Origin: a virus
Taxonomy: Duplodnaviria > Caudoviricetes
Length of the DNA stretch: 64,000 bases
Direction: 5' to 3' (one strand)
Virus record (IMG/VR): IMGVR_UViG_3300035208_002115
Shown: positions 18,479 to 27,723 of the stretch, in pieces
How positions within the stretch are numbered: the stretch's first letter is position 1
Layout of the letters: every line of letters begins with the position of its first letter
Made by a program: the position numbers and the translations under genes
Notes under the pieces: model-generated
The model's database searches: none
Told to the model about the DNA's origin: nothing
What the model saw: the letters and a program-made list of their open reading frames with translations, nothing else

Positions 18479-18979
18479 ATGATAAAATGGATAATAATAA
18501 CAGTATTAGTTCTCGTCATCATGAGTAATATCAAGGGTGGTATTGAACTATTAGGTCAGATAATAAAGACTGGTTTTAATCTCCTAAAGAATTCATTGGG
18601 TATGTTTTTATTTCTTTTATTGATAGTTGCCTTGTATTTTCATGGAGAAAACCCAGATAATAAAATTTATTCCGACCTTTCTAAAGAAAAAATAGAAAGT
18701 TATGAGCCACATTTTAAATGTTCTATGCTGGTGATAGATTGTGAAAAAGAACTTTATACCATTAAATCTCTTAAAGATGGTGAAATTTATACTCATGTAC
18801 AGAAAATGAATAAGGCGGTTAAAGTTGACCTTATCAATAAATATTCCAGAATTGTTCTAATACGCCCTAAATGTGATGAATTTGAAGTCGATACTTTTAA
18901 TATTGGGGAAATTCGATTCAGAGATGGGGACACATACGTGGATTATAAAAGAGGTGGTAAAGTATTTGAATATAGATAA
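18479..18979 (+). CDS. Membrane protein (2 TM)
   Basis: Likely ATG start at 18479, downstream of TATATTTG (18447-18454). Confidence 0.7.
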   Translation: MIKWIIITVLVLVIMSNIKGGIELLGQIIKTGFNLLKNSLGMFLFLLLIVALYFHGENPDNKIYSDLSKEKIESYEPHFKCSMLVIDCEKELYTIKSLKDGEIYTHVQKMNKAVKVDLINKYSRIVLIRPKCDEFEVDTFNIGEIRFRDGDTYVDYKRGGKVFEYR

Positions 18980-19213
18980 ATGGAAAAACAAGCCGATTAT
19001 ATAAAAGAAAGAATGTCTTTTTTTGCGATGGATATAGATTCATTTGTAATTGGAGAAAAAATTAAAGATATTGATAATACTTTATGCGAAATAACTAATA
19101 AAACAGTTAATAGTATTGAAGTTTTTATTAAACACAAAACAGACCAAGGTGTCGATTGTAAACAATGGTTTTCAATGGATAAATTTCATAAAAGATTTAA
19201 AACAATAAAATGA
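18980..19213 (+). CDS. Hypothetical protein
   Basis: ORF abuts its neighbours. Confidence 0.7.
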   Translation: MEKQADYIKERMSFFAMDIDSFVIGEKIKDIDNTLCEITNKTVNSIEVFIKHKTDQGVDCKQWFSMDKFHKRFKTIK

Positions 19214-19605
19214 TGAAAACCTCGAATTTTTTAATATATTCATTGATGTTATTATCAACTTTATTTGTAATTATAATTGGTTTCTTCTGTTATGTATCAT
19301 TTGAGTTATCGATAGCCTCAAATTTTTTTGAAAAATATGATATAATTAAAAAGTATAATATACTGCATAGTATGTGGTATATCACTATATTTTTAATTTT
19401 ATTTATATTTTTATTTTGTTATATAGTATTTTTGTTAATTAGAGAGCGATTTAGAATGAAAATAGAACTGACAAAGGATGATATTATAAAAATTGTTTAT
19501 CCATGCTCGGCTGCCAAATATTTTAGTGTTGATAATAAAAGTTACCTTTACCAACAAATGATAGATTCTTCTGAAAATATTATAAATTTAACAAAAATAA
19601 AATAG
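19210..19605 (+). CDS. Membrane protein (2 TM)
   Basis: Two hydrophobic helices. Confidence 0.7.
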   Translation: MMKTSNFLIYSLMLLSTLFVIIIGFFCYVSFELSIASNFFEKYDIIKKYNILHSMWYITIFLILFIFLFCYIVFLLIRERFRMKIELTKDDIIKIVYPCSAAKYFSVDNKSYLYQQMIDSSENIINLTKIK

Positions 19606-19793
19606 TATGTCTGTTATGAAAAAAAAGTAAAAACTATAAAAGTAAAGATACTTTTTGCTGAAGTGTTGGTTAATGGAGATTACCAATATTTAGTAAGAAA
19701 CCTTTTGATAATATAAATTCCAAATGTTATTCAGACTAAGATAATAGCAGAGTTTAATAAGGCTATGAAAAAAAGAATGGAAAAATTATAATA

Positions 19794-19820
19794 AAAAAAC
19801 CCACTTAATAGTGGGTTTTT
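19794..19820. terminator. Bidirectional intrinsic terminator
   Basis: aaaaaacccact-taat-agtgggtttttt between convergent genes. Confidence 0.9.
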
Positions 19821-19842
19821 AATATTGTAAATATCGTATAAA

Positions 19843-20823
19843 TTATTTACTTTCAACATTGAAGAAATTATCAACATCATTGTCTTCTTCTACTTTATCG
19901 AAAGAAAAATCATCACTTGAATTATCGTCAGTTGTAGCACTAAATGTTTCTTTTGAAGCTTTACCGATAGATGACTTTGCACCAGATATACCAGAACCAT
20001 TAACTAACGAAATGATTTTATCAACCTTATCAACTTCTTCATCTGTCCAAGGTTTTGCTTCATATTCATCTAAGTCTACATCTCTCTTTAATAAAAATTC
20101 TTGTAAACCCTTTTGAATTTTTTCGTTAGTAATAACGATTTTACCAGATTCATTCTTTTCAACTGGTACTTTCTTACCGTTAATTTTAATAGGTGATGCT
20201 TCAAGGAAACTACTTGCATCATAATTGGGATAAACTCCCTGTGGTGTTTTGTTTTCCTTTATAATAAGACGAAAATCTTTACCATTGGCAAGGTCAAAAA
20301 CGTTGCTTTTTATACCATCGAGTTCGCCTTTTTTCTGAGCATTGATTTTTTCTTTTATTTTGAAACCGAATGGATAAATAAGAATTTTACCTTCCAACTC
20401 CTTATTATTTTCATCTTCGATTACCAAAATATAACTGTAATATTTAGTATTACGTTTTATTAATTCCGCTTTCTCTTTATCAGCAGCGTTCTTAGAATTA
20501 TATAATTCCCAGTACGTTGTACAAAGTGGACAATCCGAATTTAAATTCTTTTTACATTCGTAGTAACCTTTTAAATCTGGGTTGTTTAAAAGTTTTGCAT
20601 AATGCAAATGCTTTTCGATTGCTGATGCTCCTACTGTGCCGTCTTTTTTGAAATTTGGAAGAAAACGGATAGTTGCTTTGTAACCCTCTTTTTTGTCAAC
20701 TGCATCTTCTAATGATGGTCTAAATATACCATCTGCGTTTCTTTTCTTTTCATCTAAAAAACTCATTGTACTGTCATCATCCGACATGTCGAATAAATTG
20801 ACTTTCTTTTCTTTTTCACTCAT
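19843..20823 (-). CDS. Single-stranded DNA-binding protein (T4 gp32-like)
   Basis: ATIRFLP, CPLC Zn site, YYSYILVIED, FDLANGKDFRL, YPNYDASSF, acidic C-tail. Confidence 0.9.
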   Translation of the reverse strand: MSEKEKKVNLFDMSDDDSTMSFLDEKKRNADGIFRPSLEDAVDKKEGYKATIRFLPNFKKDGTVGASAIEKHLHYAKLLNNPDLKGYYECKKNLNSDCPLCTTYWELYNSKNAADKEKAELIKRNTKYYSYILVIEDENNKELEGKILIYPFGFKIKEKINAQKKGELDGIKSNVFDLANGKDFRLIIKENKTPQGVYPNYDASSFLEASPIKINGKKVPVEKNESGKIVITNEKIQKGLQEFLLKRDVDLDEYEAKPWTDEEVDKVDKIISLVNGSGISGAKSSIGKASKETFSATTDDNSSDDFSFDKVEEDNDVDNFFNVESK

Positions 20824-20894
20824 AATGCTTGTGATTCTTTTTTGATGCTTTAAGTTGCCCTAAATGCATTTTTTGCTATAAAAGCTAATTATTA

Positions 20895-20922
20895 CTTATA
20901 TAATGCCTCAATAAAAAAGTTT
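20895..20922 (-). promoter_or_regulatory. Putative 'middle' promoter AAAC-N18-TATAAG upstream of SSB
   Basis: Recurring spaced motif. Confidence 0.55.
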
Positions 20923-21015
20923 GAAAAACTTTATAACTATATATTAAAAAATAAAAGTCTAAAAATACCAAACCCATATTTTTATATATATGAATAAATA
21001 ATAATAAGGTTTATT

Positions 21016-22782
21016 ATGATTTCTAATATCTCAAATGCTGTTAAAATAATACCTAAAATAGATAACAAGGATAGTTTCATAAAACTATACACTAATGTTA
21101 ATAGTAATTTTTTGGTTGGTGATAGGGTTTATATTTTATCTTATAATTCGGGTGATACTAACGCTGATTTAGATAATTACACATATTACACATCAAGAAG
21201 TGGAACATCCTATGGAGAGATATCATGTGAACAATATTTACAGGGATATTTAGTAAAGGAAATCGATATTAATACTAATTCTATTGTTATTAATCGTTTA
21301 TATTCATCAATACCAGATATTAGCGGTATAACATCAGATAATTTTTTCATTTCAAAAACTATTATATTTAATAGTACTATCACTGGCGGTGAATTAAATG
21401 GTGTGGTTTTAAAGAATACAGCGATAGATAATTCATTAGAAAATGTAAAATGGATTCAGGGAATTGTATTGGGAGGTTCTATAAATAATTTGGTTTTAAG
21501 TGATAAATATGAAAGTATGACATTATCTTTAAATTCGGTAGTGAATAATGGCGGTGTATCATCATATTATACATACAATAATGATACCTATGGTTATAGT
21601 GTTTTTTCTGGTAAAACTTCGTTAACAATAAATATGCCGACTATTTATAATGGATATTTCTACAATAGTGTTTTAACTGGTTATTTTAGTAGCACACCAG
21701 TTAATTATCCGATAATTTATAACGGATATTATGAATTATGTGATTTTGATAATAATTTTAAATTCAATAATGGGTATTATAAGATGTCGAATATAAATAG
21801 TGTTACATCACTATGGAATTATGGTATATTAGACCCAGTTGATATATCTATCTATGAATTTCACCCTATAATTTGGTATGATGGTATATGGGAATCAAGT
21901 AATACACCTATATCATCATTAACATGGGAAACTGGTGTATTTAATGGTGATACTTTCACATCTTCTTGTGAATGGCGAAATGGTATTTTTAATGGTGTCC
22001 AGTTTTTAGGTACTTGGGCTAATGGTACATTTAATAAGGGATTTTTTAATACTACTTCGTGGGTAAATGGTATATTTAATGATGGAATATTCTCATCGAC
22101 AAGTACTTGGCAAAAAGGTACATTTAATAATGGTACATTTTATGGTATTTGGAATGATGGTGTATTTAATAATGGGACTTTTGGAACAGGCGCAACTTGG
22201 ACAACTGGTACTTTTAACAATGGTATTTTTAGTAATAGTTTATGGTCAAACGGTACATGGAATAATGGTTTCTTTGACAATTCCACTTGGGTAATTGGTA
22301 ATTGGTATAACGGTACTATGTCAGCATCGGATTGGTATGATGGTTATTTTTATAATGGGACAATAAATTTAGATACTTTGTGGTATAATGGTATTTTTTA
22401 TTTCGGTAATTTTAATGATAGTACATGGTTGAATGGTGAGTGGAATAATGGACTTATGAGTAATTCTAATTTCCAAAGTGGTGTATGGTGGGATGGTGTG
22501 TTTACTGGTGGTAATATAGGCGTTATGGGTGGTGCTGAAACGGTAAATTGGTATAGTGGTAATTTTAATAATGGTTATTTTTGGCAAAATTCACAATGGT
22601 ATACTGGTTCTTTCCATAATGGTTCTTTTAATGGAATTTGGAATAATGGTATTTTTTATAATGGTACATTTACTGGTAGCGGTTCACCTACAATATTACA
22701 TAAAGCTTTTGAACCATATCAAAAACAAAAATTCATCAGGAACTTAGGTAAACCTTTAAATATTAAAATAAAAATTAAATAA
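21016..22782 (+). CDS. Putative virion protein with W/F-x-x-G-x pentapeptide-type repeats
   Basis: C-terminal half is built of WxNGxFxNGxF repeats. Confidence 0.75.
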   Translation: MISNISNAVKIIPKIDNKDSFIKLYTNVNSNFLVGDRVYILSYNSGDTNADLDNYTYYTSRSGTSYGEISCEQYLQGYLVKEIDINTNSIVINRLYSSIPDISGITSDNFFISKTIIFNSTITGGELNGVVLKNTAIDNSLENVKWIQGIVLGGSINNLVLSDKYESMTLSLNSVVNNGGVSSYYTYNNDTYGYSVFSGKTSLTINMPTIYNGYFYNSVLTGYFSSTPVNYPIIYNGYYELCDFDNNFKFNNGYYKMSNINSVTSLWNYGILDPVDISIYEFHPIIWYDGIWESSNTPISSLTWETGVFNGDTFTSSCEWRNGIFNGVQFLGTWANGTFNKGFFNTTSWVNGIFNDGIFSSTSTWQKGTFNNGTFYGIWNDGVFNNGTFGTGATWTTGTFNNGIFSNSLWSNGTWNNGFFDNSTWVIGNWYNGTMSASDWYDGYFYNGTINLDTLWYNGIFYFGNFNDSTWLNGEWNNGLMSNSNFQSGVWWDGVFTGGNIGVMGGAETVNWYSGNFNNGYFWQNSQWYTGSFHNGSFNGIWNNGIFYNGTFTGSGSPTILHKAFEPYQKQKFIRNLGKPLNIKIKIK

Positions 22783-22799
22783 AAAATAATAAAAATAAA

Positions 22800-23624
22800 A
22801 TGTTAGAAATTTTAAAGAAAATATGGGGATTCCTTAAAAATCCAAAAAATGGAAAGTTAATTTATTTTTCAATTATAATATTACTTTTCATAGCACTGTT
22901 GTCACAATGTAATTCAAATAGAAGGTTAAGAAATGATGCTTTTATAAGTGAACATAATATCGCTGCGTTACAAGACACTGTTATAACAGTTAAAAATAAA
23001 GTTGGTGAACTTCAACAGGAAAAAATTCTTTTGATTACTTCTAAGAAAACACTGGAAGATTTTAGTAAAGAATTAGCAGCCGAGTTAGAAAAACAAAAAG
23101 GTCGTGTTATTTATATTTCTAATATGCTGGCTCAATTGAAAAGTGATAATGCTGCATTGAAAGCAGAAAATAACACATTAAAAGATTCCTTGGCAAATAT
23201 TATAGTGGATGGAACAAATGTTACGTATTTGTATTGGGACTTTTCAAAAGTTTATGATGATTATAATTATAGAGTAATAAAAGGCCATACCGCATTTGTT
23301 CTTGACACTACAACTAACGGAATTACATCTAAGGGGTCAGAACTGTCTAATTTTGATATGGGTTTTAATATAACTACTGGTATTCGTGAAGAAGAAAAAA
23401 AATTAAGAATATTTATAAAATCTAATTATCCAGATTTAACATTCACAAATATCGAAGGTTCGTTAGTTGACCCACAAAAATCGGATGTTATTAAAAAATT
23501 GATACCACAACATAAGTGGACTTTTGGCCCACAACTTGGTGTTGGTGCGGTTTATTTTAACGGAACTATAAAACCATCTATATATTTTGGCATTGGTGGT
23601 CAATATACTTTATTTGGGTTTTAA
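22800..23624 (+). CDS. Spanin-like envelope protein (TM + coiled coil + C-terminal beta hairpin)
   Basis: N-terminal TM ending LLSQC; coiled coil; WTFGPQLGVG...YFGIGGQYTLFGF; adjacent to a muralytic gene. Confidence 0.55.
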   Translation: MLEILKKIWGFLKNPKNGKLIYFSIIILLFIALLSQCNSNRRLRNDAFISEHNIAALQDTVITVKNKVGELQQEKILLITSKKTLEDFSKELAAELEKQKGRVIYISNMLAQLKSDNAALKAENNTLKDSLANIIVDGTNVTYLYWDFSKVYDDYNYRVIKGHTAFVLDTTTNGITSKGSELSNFDMGFNITTGIREEEKKLRIFIKSNYPDLTFTNIEGSLVDPQKSDVIKKLIPQHKWTFGPQLGVGAVYFNGTIKPSIYFGIGGQYTLFGF

Positions 23625-23626
23625 AT

Positions 23627-24253
23627 ATGAGAATAAAAAAATTTAAAGTTTTTTATTATTCTTTATTGATAATATTAATAGCTGTAATAGCCTTTTTGTG
23701 TTATGCTTATTTTGATATTAAAAAGGAATGTGATAAAAATAAAAATATTAATTCAGAAATTATTCAATTATTTCAAAATGATATTGAATTATCTAATGAT
23801 TCTATCGATTATCTTAAAATCGAAAGAGATTCATTAGTGAAAGTATTCACCAAACAGTTAGAAATTAATAGAAATTTATATAAATTTAATTGGGAGAATG
23901 TGTGTTACTGGGTGGATTATTATCAAATAAAACATCCAGATATAGTTAAAGGTCAAATTTTATTAGAAACTAATTTTTTAACTTCAGAAGTATGTCGATA
24001 CAATCATAATTTGTTTGGCATGAAGTTACCTATTAATAAAAAAGGTCGAAAAGGTATTGGTTTATATAAAAGTCATGCTGTGTATAATAACTACATTGAA
24101 AGTATAGAAGATTATAAAATATGGCAAGATAGATATTATAAATATAATGACGATTATTATAAATTTTTAAAACGCATTGGATACGCTAAAGATGATAAAT
24201 ATATTTCGAAATTAAAACATATTATTAAATATGATATATTGAAGGAAAAATAA
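23627..24253 (+). CDS. Membrane-anchored glucosaminidase (GH73-like) endolysin
   Basis: N-terminal TM; QILLET, NHNLFGMK, SIEDY, GYAKDDKYISKL. Confidence 0.8.
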   Translation: MRIKKFKVFYYSLLIILIAVIAFLCYAYFDIKKECDKNKNINSEIIQLFQNDIELSNDSIDYLKIERDSLVKVFTKQLEINRNLYKFNWENVCYWVDYYQIKHPDIVKGQILLETNFLTSEVCRYNHNLFGMKLPINKKGRKGIGLYKSHAVYNNYIESIEDYKIWQDRYYKYNDDYYKFLKRIGYAKDDKYISKLKHIIKYDILKEK

Positions 24254-24335
24254 ATTTTAATATATAGATAAATTTAGAATGATAAAAAAGGATTATTTTA
24301 AATTAATATATAAATAAAAAATATAAAAAGTTAAT

Positions 24336-24818
24336 ATGGAAAACATAACTGGATTTAATGATTTCAAAGATAAAAAACACGGTTCAAAATTGAACGAAGG
24401 TGTTATAAAGATTGGTAACGCTTATGTACTTAGCGATATTGAAGTGCCTGTTTCATTAGTAAATGCTTTTATTAAGAAGGTTAAAGATGAAACTCAGAGG
24501 AATTTGCGTGAATTTATGTCTGATTCAGATGTTGCTTATAGATTATTAAAATATTGTGTTGAAAATAATATGCTTATTGATAATCTTCCAAGTAGCATAA
24601 TATTTAGTGAAGAAGGTGGTAATGTTGAAGTTACTGATGATATGGGTGGTCAAGTTCAAACATCAGGACAGACACAAGCTCAGACTCAGCCAGCAGCTCA
24701 GACTCAGCCAGCAGCTCAACCAGCAGCTCAACAGACAACTCAACCTAATGCTACTCAAACTCAACAAACAGTACAGGAAATACCTGCACAAGAGACTGGT
24801 AGTATACAGGCTATTTAA
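24336..24818 (+). CDS. Hypothetical protein, CTS-like N-terminus, Q/T/P/A-rich tail
   Basis: MENITGFNDF...LNE; AQTQPA repeats. Confidence 0.8.
   Translation: MENITGFNDFKDKKHGSKLNEGVIKIGNAYVLSDIEVPVSLVNAFIKKVKDETQRNLREFMSDSDVAYRLLKYCVENNMLIDNLPSSIIFSEEGGNVEVTDDMGGQVQTSGQTQAQTQPAAQTQPAAQPAAQQTTQPNATQTQQTVQEIPAQETGSIQAI
24678..24713 (+). repeat. Coding 18-bp tandem repeat (AQTQPA x2)
   Basis: gctcagactcagccagca twice, then a degenerate third copy. Confidence 0.8.
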
Positions 24819-24840
24819 AAGGTAAAAAAGAAAATATTTA

Positions 24841-24877
24841 AAAAGTCAACGGAAATAACCTTTTCGTTGATTTTTTT
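24841..24877 (+). terminator. Intrinsic terminator
   Basis: aaaagtcaacggaa...tttcgttgattttttt. Confidence 0.75.
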
Positions 24878-24928
24878 ATTAAAAACGACTTTTAAAATAA
24901 AATATATAATAAAAAACAAATTGATATT

Positions 24929-25522
24929 TTGGCTAAAATTAAAAACTTTAACGATTTTAAAAAAACAACAGAAAGTCATAGTGTAAGTGAACCTGTTGTT
25001 AAAGAACCCAAAGTACTTGAACCTAAAATGAAAGAACCAAAGGTACGAGAACCTAATGTTAAAAGGAAAGGTGCGTTCAATGTTGTAAAGCCTATGATTA
25101 AAAAGCCAATTATAAAAGAACCAACTATAAAAAAAGAAAACGTGAATAATACATTAGAAGATTTATTTAAGAATATCAAATTTGTTAATAAAATAGCAGT
25201 TTTTGAAAAGGTTATAAAAGCTCATGATGCATTTTTGTTTTTGGAATCTGCTAAAATTGATAATAATAAGTTGTGGTATTTCTTAATGGAAAGAAATGAT
25301 ACAACCTTACAGATTGTTAAATATAATCCAAAAGAAGGCTTTAACTTAAAAGAATTAGTAGAAGGTGTCATCACACATTATAAGTCATTAGAATCGATTA
25401 AAAAGCATTTAAATGAAAATATTACGGTGGATGGTTCTAAAGAATATGTTGTGATATCTAATTTAACACCTGTTATGAAAGCTATCATTAAAAATGATTT
25501 GGTAAAATTACTATCTAAATAA
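24929..25522 (+). CDS. Hypothetical protein, CTS-like N-terminus, xKEPx repeats
   Basis: TTG start; KIKNFNDF; VKEPK/LEPK/MKEPK/VREPN. Confidence 0.75.
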   Translation: MAKIKNFNDFKKTTESHSVSEPVVKEPKVLEPKMKEPKVREPNVKRKGAFNVVKPMIKKPIIKEPTIKKENVNNTLEDLFKNIKFVNKIAVFEKVIKAHDAFLFLESAKIDNNKLWYFLMERNDTTLQIVKYNPKEGFNLKELVEGVITHYKSLESIKKHLNENITVDGSKEYVVISNLTPVMKAIIKNDLVKLLSK

Positions 25523-25523
25523 T

Positions 25524-25985
25524 ATGAAAATATTAACCTTCGAATCTTATGATATAATAGATTCTGTGAGGAAAGATTTCAACGATTACTATTATTATTT
25601 CCGAAGTGCTAACCATGACTATCAAGTTAGAATTACTGAATTTAACAATTCTAAATATTATTCTGTCGGATTTCGAGCTAAAACAGATAATGAATATTTT
25701 TATGATATGTCTATAATTGTTAATGAAAACCCATATAAATTAATGGAAACAATAATTGGGATATGTGAAAAATTCATTGATGATTTAAACGAAAAAATAA
25801 CCGAGGTAAACAACAAGATAAAGGTTAATATGTCTATTGATGATATTTTTAAGGGATTTGTATTTAGTTTTACTGGAAATTTACAAAAAAATTATCAGCG
25901 ATTACAACTTTATAAACGTTATATACCAAATGATTGGAAAATATCATTTTCTGGAAATAAATACATTATTACTAAAAATATTTAA
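25524..25985 (+). CDS. Hypothetical protein with CTS-like N-terminus
   Basis: MKILTFESY. Confidence 0.75.
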   Translation: MKILTFESYDIIDSVRKDFNDYYYYFRSANHDYQVRITEFNNSKYYSVGFRAKTDNEYFYDMSIIVNENPYKLMETIIGICEKFIDDLNEKITEVNNKIKVNMSIDDIFKGFVFSFTGNLQKNYQRLQLYKRYIPNDWKISFSGNKYIITKNI

Positions 25986-26608
25986 CTTTTCTTTTTCTTC
26001 TTATCCATAGTTGAATCTTTATACTCATCCAATTCTTTATTAATAAGTCTAAGGTCGATTATTTTTATTTTATCGGATTGTTCTATTTCGGGTGCTTTTT
26101 CTTCACCAGTATTAATACTTGAAAGTTCATCTTTTAATTCTTTGTAGAAATCTTTCATTCGTTTTTGTATATCATATAACATTTTAATACTGTCTCGGAT
26201 TTCTTTCTGGAATGTACCAACTGCCTCATACATTTCTGGGTGATTAACACCACTGTCTATTTGTTCCATTAAGTTAATTAAAGCTCTTTTGGACATAGAT
26301 AATGAAAATTTCAAATCACACAATGATTGAGCATCATTTTGAATTATATTATTAACGTTTTTTCTATTTACTATTTCATCGGTTAGATATAAACTTGAAA
26401 GACAATTTAGAGTTTCTTGACATTCTTCACGTATTTTTTCCACTTCACCTTTATAATCAAAGTGTACTACATTCAAATCGATACCAGGCACTTCATCTGG
26501 GAAGAAATTATCTGGGTCAATATTTATTTCTGTTATTTCCTGTTCTAAGATTTCAATACTATCTCTAATTCTATCTTTCTCTTGTTTTATTGAATCATCG
26601 TCATTCAT
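25982..26608 (-). CDS. Possible terminase small subunit (T4 gp16-like helical core)
   Basis: AL..LME.I.SG..HPEMYEAVG.FQK resembles the gp16 P(R)xYE helix-turn-helix. Confidence 0.4.
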   Translation of the reverse strand: MNDDDSIKQEKDRIRDSIEILEQEITEINIDPDNFFPDEVPGIDLNVVHFDYKGEVEKIREECQETLNCLSSLYLTDEIVNRKNVNNIIQNDAQSLCDLKFSLSMSKRALINLMEQIDSGVNHPEMYEAVGTFQKEIRDSIKMLYDIQKRMKDFYKELKDELSSINTGEEKAPEIEQSDKIKIIDLRLINKELDEYKDSTMDKKKKKS

Positions 26609-26702
26609 AGTTATTTATCTATTTTTATGTATATATTTAATTTTGAAAGTTCAATATTCTCAACATTTAATTTAATATATAATATTAAAATAAATTTATA
26701 TT

Positions 26703-27203
26703 ATGAAATTTCTAATGCTTTTCGAGGAATATTCAAGTTATCAAACAAAAGTTTTGGATGATTTATTAGATAAAATTTCAAAGAACGGTGTTGATTCATT
26801 AACACCTGAAGAAAAAATTCAATTAAAAAATATCGAAGATATTAAATCTCCAGAAGTCCAAAAATTATTAAAAAATAATGAAGAACCAGCCGAACAATCT
26901 ATATTTGATTCTGAAAATATAATAAATAAAAAATATTACGATTCGACAAATGAAATTTGTTTTCTATTGAAAAAAATTGAGAATGAATCAACTGGAGTTG
27001 TTTATATTGGTGAGATTCATTTTAGATATAAGATTTATAAGGGTTACTTAGTTAAAGATAAAGAGACCGAACAATCTGATTATAAATTTATATCTGAAAA
27101 TGATGAAGAATTTGACCCCGTTGATTATGATTTACATTATGAGTTTGATGGATTGATAGAAGAAATATTTTATGATGATACGATTAATAAAAATATAAAT
27201 TAA
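26703..27203 (+). CDS. Hypothetical protein with CTS-like N-terminus
   Basis: MKFLMLFEEY; LDDLLDKISKNGVDSLTPEEK (DUF6576-like). Confidence 0.75.
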   Translation: MKFLMLFEEYSSYQTKVLDDLLDKISKNGVDSLTPEEKIQLKNIEDIKSPEVQKLLKNNEEPAEQSIFDSENIINKKYYDSTNEICFLLKKIENESTGVVYIGEIHFRYKIYKGYLVKDKETEQSDYKFISENDEEFDPVDYDLHYEFDGLIEEIFYDDTINKNIN

Positions 27204-27210
27204 AACATTT

Positions 27211-27723
27211 ATGAAAAATTATAAACAATTTCTTGAAAATCTTGGTTCTGGTGCATACGCATCATTCGCTAATGATTCTGGCGAGAACTTTTGGGGTAAC
27301 GTGGGTGGTGGAGTATTACCAATATGCACTGAAACTAAAAGAATATTATTACCTTTTCGTTCAGGATATGTAAATGAGCCTCATTGTTTTGGAGTTTGGG
27401 GTGGTAAAATAGATGAAGAATATGGTCAGACCGAAGATGATATTATGGATGTGGTAAAACGTGAATTCATGGAAGAATCTGGTTATGACAGTGAAATTAA
27501 ATTAATACCAGCATACATTTTTAAAACTTCCAATAATTCGTTTACATATTATAATTTCATTGGGTTGTTAGATGAAGAATTCGACCCCGAATTAAATTGG
27601 GAAACCGAAAGTTACAAATGGGTTACATTCGATGAAATGATAGAAATTAAACCTAAACATTTCGGGTTGGTTGGTTTATTAAAACACGATTCAAATAAAA
27701 TAAGAAATTATTGTAATGCTTAA
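27211..27723 (+). CDS. Nudix hydrolase with CTS-like N-terminus
   Basis: GGKID...VKREFMEESGY Nudix box; LNWET..YKW. Confidence 0.9.
   Translation: MKNYKQFLENLGSGAYASFANDSGENFWGNVGGGVLPICTETKRILLPFRSGYVNEPHCFGVWGGKIDEEYGQTEDDIMDVVKREFMEESGYDSEIKLIPAYIFKTSNNSFTYYNFIGLLDEEFDPELNWETESYKWVTFDEMIEIKPKHFGLVGLLKHDSNKIRNYCNA

Noticed and set aside
21900-22700. CRISPR array or DGR variable region suggested by recurring aatggt
   Set aside because: Repeats are codon-level Asn-Gly units of a protein repeat; there is no repeat-spacer structure, template repeat or reverse transcriptase in the window
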